Positions 62,459 to 64,000 of a stretch of 64,000 bases of DNA are shown here, piece by piece (the first letter of the stretch is position 1; every line of letters begins with the position of its first letter). The notes under the pieces were generated by a model, which worked only from the letters and a program-made list of their open reading frames with translations, was not told the origin of the DNA and did no database searches. The position numbers were made by a program, and so were the translations under genes. This DNA comes from Octopus sinensis. Taxonomy: Eukaryota. The stretch spans positions 1 through 64,000 of the forward strand of contig NW_021832834.1 of assembly GCF_006345805.1 (NCBI RefSeq). Reading direction: 5' to 3'.

Positions 62459-63316
62459 TATATATATATATATAGGGGCAGATGACGGATATTTAACCCA
62501 ACACTCCCACTTTTCTTGTGAAATACGTAGAAATGTTTGGACATGATGATTCTAAAGACAAAAAAACCTTGTAAAATTCCAGTTAGTCAAGAGAAAAAAT
62601 ACCGTCGCCTTCCGATTTTAGGGTTTTCAACCAGGCTATCCACATGCTAGAAATAGAAGCCATATCTCACGCTAACTTTTTTGGGCACATACGCAGATAC
62701 TCTTATTTGACATTACTCCAGTTCACTCAGCTGTTGAAATGAGTTGTGACATCACTGCGCCGAAGCTGTATCAGTCTTTGACTTGCCATTGGATAACATT
62801 GTTGGCATGGAGACGGTATTCTGTTATGCATGGGTGACTGCCGGTCATCCATAAACAAACTTGCCCGGATATGTACCTTGTTGGGGAACTCTCTAGGTGC
62901 AATCTCCTGGTCATTCATTACGAAAGAGGATCTACAAAAACCTGCACGATCCTCCCTCCTTCTATTAGATCGATCCTCTTATCCACTAGCGTGAAACGGA
63001 TCCCCCCACCCCCGAGGATTTGTAGTTCTGCGACCTGCATGGCAACCTCATTAATCGGATAGAATGATAAAAGGCACTGAGCCCATGCTGTAAATTGGTT
63101 GATGTTAGGAAGGTCATCTGACCAGAAATAGGAGACCAAAACAGACATTTGAGCGCAGTGCAGTCCTTGTATCCTATCCAGCCCATGCCAGAAAGGAACA
63201 TGGACGTTAGATGATGATGACAATGATGATGATGTTAAATACTCTGTTGATGATGACATTCAAGGAAATGATGAACATGATTATAAGCAACTTAGAATTG
63301 TTTTGTATATGATTAT

Positions 63317-63423
<107 letters not shown>

Positions 63424-63424
63424 T

Positions 63425-63484
63425 TTGATAGGTTTCGGCCATTATTGGCCCAGGACATGTCTAACTTAATAGCACCACCTGGTG
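63425..63484 (-). mobile_element. ~60-nt 3' terminus of the (TA)n-associated CR1-like LINE
   Basis: Reverse complement of caggtggtgctattaagttagacatgtcctgggccaataatggccgaaacc within (TA)n. Confidence 0.85.
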
Positions 63485-63492
63485 CTATATAC

Positions 63493-63572
<80 letters not shown>

Positions 63573-64000
63573 ATAATATATATAAATATATATATAATAT
63601 ATATATATAATATAATATATATATATATATATAATATATATATATTATATATATATATACATATATATATATATGTATATAGCACCAGGTGCTATAATCA
63701 TGTTCATCATTTCCTGGTTTGCCATTAAAAAACGCCGAAACAATGCATTGTCTAAAGAAGAACAGGGTAAATGTTTTTTTAATTTTTCCTCTGATTTCGG
63801 AATTACTACTATTTGCGGTTAGAGCCCTGGCTGCTATTTCTAGTGGGTCGAACGGCCTATTGTAGCCGTTCCTCAATTGTTGTTGAATTTATTCATAGTC
63901 TCTGACTATTTCCTCTTTCTCACTAGACCGCTGGTGGCAAAATAATTTCTATTGAATTTTTTGCTACCCTAAATTGATTAATTGATAATTCTCTGATTAA

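Overview
AT-rich, microsatellite- and transposon-dense animal genomic DNA. The SINE types, huge (TA)n tracts and a decayed C2H2 array suggest a coleoid cephalopod such as Octopus (inference). The main gene is a + strand, 5'-incomplete adhesion GPCR (ADGRG2/4/6-like). I assembled it by hand from 15 phase-compatible GT-AG exons (5343-53678, about 758 aa in the window): Ly6/uPAR-like three-finger domain - hormone-binding (HormR) domain - GAIN/GPS (HL|T) - 7TM. The LU-like module on a symmetric phase 1-1 exon pair is the most unusual feature. Its introns and flanks hold CR1-like LINEs with CCCH zinc-finger ORF1s inserted in (TA)n, R4/Dong-like and RTE LINE remnants, Penelope-like remnants, hammerhead-ribozyme motifs, several Tc1/mariner elements (one nearly intact), and SINE clusters in both orientations. 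There is also a ~2.24 kb tandem duplication of two GAIN exons, several inverted repeats and a pre-miRNA-sized hairpin. No prokaryotic features or CRISPR arrays.
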